DNA of 63,224 bases, the filler included, from Lenisia limosa (taxonomy: Eukaryota; Protista; Breviatea), in assembly GCA_001655205.1 (NCBI GenBank). It is 12 parts of 12 records of this genome, joined end to end, with 100 filler letters (N's around TTAATTAATTAA, not from the genome) between each part and the next. Parts side by side here need not be neighbours in the genome. Positions count along the whole stretch, not along the records: positions 59,585 to 61,668 come from LPNZ01005088.1; positions 61,769 to 63,224 come from LPNZ01007545.1; 10 more parts are not named here. One strand, given 5' to 3'. This document shows positions 61,538 through 63,224 of the stretch, in pieces. Within the stretch, counting starts at the first letter, position 1, and each line of letters opens with the position of its first letter. Position numbers and translations under genes: made by a program. The notes beneath the pieces are model-generated. The model searched no databases and had not been told where the DNA came from. It saw only the letters and a program-made list of their open reading frames with translations.

Positions 61538-61907
61538 GTGGGAGGAATCAGTAGTTTTTGTTGTTGTTGTTGTTGTGTGGTTTGTTCATCACCCAAAGTT
61601 TCCCAGAAACTCACCCGTCATTCCCTATCTATTTGCGATTTGTACCGTTGCGGCGATATTCATCATCGNNNNNNNNNNNNNNNNNNNNNNNNNNNNNNNN
61701 NNNNNNNNNNNNTTAATTAATTAANNNNNNNNNNNNNNNNNNNNNNNNNNNNNNNNNNNNNNNNNNNNAATCACGAGCAACCGGTTATACATGTACTTGT
61801 TTTGGGCAATTGAATACAGGGGGGGTATAAATATTCTGGATGGGGGGGTATAAATATTGGCTATAAGATTACTATCCGATGTAACGTTCTTTGACCCCCT
61901 TAACCAG

Positions 61908-63155
61908 GCTGTGCGCTGGGTTGACCGGGAAGCGCTTGCTGCCTTAGGCCTTACCCCTGAACTGATGCCTACTTTTGCTGCCCTCTGTGGTAATGAATTC
62001 TGCGATGTGAGGGGTGGGGTGAAAGAAGTTTCAATAAAGATTATCGGTAAAGGTACTAATTATGAACCGAATCATCTGAAACTCCAAAAACCAAGCAACA
62101 ACAATTCAATGCTCTCTATACCTGGGCTTTGTTTGTTTTGTATTTTCATTCCTCGTGTCCTTCTTTCTACCCCCTCATTGATTTTGGGCTTTTTTATTAG
62201 TATTTCATAATTTTCCATTTCCACGTCTAATTCCATAGGCCTGCCCGGCTCTGAAGGGTCACCATTCCGAGAACGCTCTCANNNNNNNNNNNNNNNNNNN
62301 NNNNNNNNNNNNNNNNNNNNNNNNNNNNNNNNNNNNNNNNNNNNNNNNNNNNNNNNNNNNNNNNNNNNNNNNNNNNNNNNNNNNNNNNNNNNNNNNNNNN
62401 NNNNNNNNNNNNNNNNNNNNNNNNNNNNNNNNNNNNNNNNNNNNNNNNNNNNNNNNNNNNNNNNNNNNNNNNNNNNNNNNNNACTTGCTGTGTTAATATG
62501 CAAATGGAAGATTAATTACCAATGCAATTTGAATGGCTATACCTTCACAGTTTGTATTGCGGTCAAGCATGGTCTTACATTCACTTAATATACAGCATTC
62601 AAGGCATTCGGATTGGACGTCGACTCTCAGGCTTGTGCTGAGGCTCAAAGAGCTGAAATGATGTTCAAAGTTGGGGGGGGGGGGGNNNNNNNNNNNNNNN
62701 NNNNNNNNNNNNNNNNNNNNNNNNNNNNNNNNNNNNNNNNNNNNNNNNNNNNNNNNNNNNNNNNNTTGAGTTATTTTTAAGACACATAACCTAAACATAA
62801 GGATTATTATCAACCCCCCAGTTTATGCTCGTCACTTTCCCCGGCGGCCGCGTAGCCCCCCTCAACACCCTCGCCGCCGACCAGATGACGCGTCTCTTTG
62901 GCCCGTCCCTCTCATCTAAGGCGTACGGCCTCTTAAGCCACGCCGGGTTGCCGATTTACGTGGGGGGATCGAGTTTATAAAGGGGATCTTTCTGTTTATG
63001 GGGGTGTGAATCCTCGCTTTCTTGTGAATTTTCATAATAGCAATATTCAAAAGCAAAGTGTGTATTTTCCAATCTCATGGATCTAGCCCCTCCAAGCCCT
63101 GACCCATGGACGTCTTGTGGACTTCGCTCCTTTCGTCGACTCCGATTTATACCGG
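61908..63155 (+). CDS. XPG/PIN-like protein, MKT1-like (partial)
   Basis: H3TH-like LGLTPELMPTFAALCGNEF; LFGPSLSSKAYGLLSHAGL and LQALTHGRLVDFAPFVDSDLYR resemble MKT1 N-domain motifs. ASTE1/FAM120 cannot be excluded. Confidence 0.6.
62120..62238 (+). mobile_element. Family B intron element (MKT1-like intron, ends at acceptor)
   Basis: CCTGGGCTTTGTTTGTTTTG..CCTCGTGT..TTGATTTTGGGCTTT..TTTCATAATTTTCCATTT..TAG. Confidence 0.75.
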
Positions 63156-63224
63156 GTATGTTGGGGGATTTCTGACAGGACGTGTAAAGGAGGTGTTATA
63201 GGTGATTATAAACCAATTTTGCTT

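Overview
Eukaryotic nuclear DNA from an intron-dense protist draft assembly. This is not one locus: eleven artificial 100-nt linkers (44 N + TTAATTAATTAA + 44 N) join 12 scaffolds, so adjacency across linkers means nothing. Many internal N gaps sit at G/C homopolymers inside introns. Coding exons are mostly 30-200 nt, so the ORF track is largely uninformative. I built the genes by hand from GT-AG exons and conserved motifs: cystathionine beta-synthase, CDC123-like ATP-grasp, NADPH oxidase/ferric reductase, GDPD, NDUFV1, SCAR/WAVE, DCAF1-like WD40, tRNA-Arg(TCG), a large two-domain transmembrane adenylate-cyclase-like gene with degenerate catalytic residues, IDI1, a SAP-like + TPKK-repeat protein, an adenosine-deaminase-like protein, U2AF35, TMEM120, CFAP57 and an MKT1-like PIN protein. 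CFAP57 plus SCAR/WAVE suggests a flagellate capable of amoeboid movement. The most striking non-gene signal is a ~130-nt repeat (family B): at least 15 copies in introns of 8 unrelated genes on 7 scaffolds, always in the host sense orientation and usually ending at the 3' splice AG. Its best-preserved copies begin with a GTGA donor-like motif, so it looks like an introner or mobile 3' splice module. Palindromic MITE-like families (A, C, D) also occur, and family A lies in both orientations. Many introns have 5' G-runs and 3' C-runs. Bases 1-7900 are gene-poor with degenerate, possibly transposon-derived ORFs. All homology calls rest on recalled family motifs; no database search was run.
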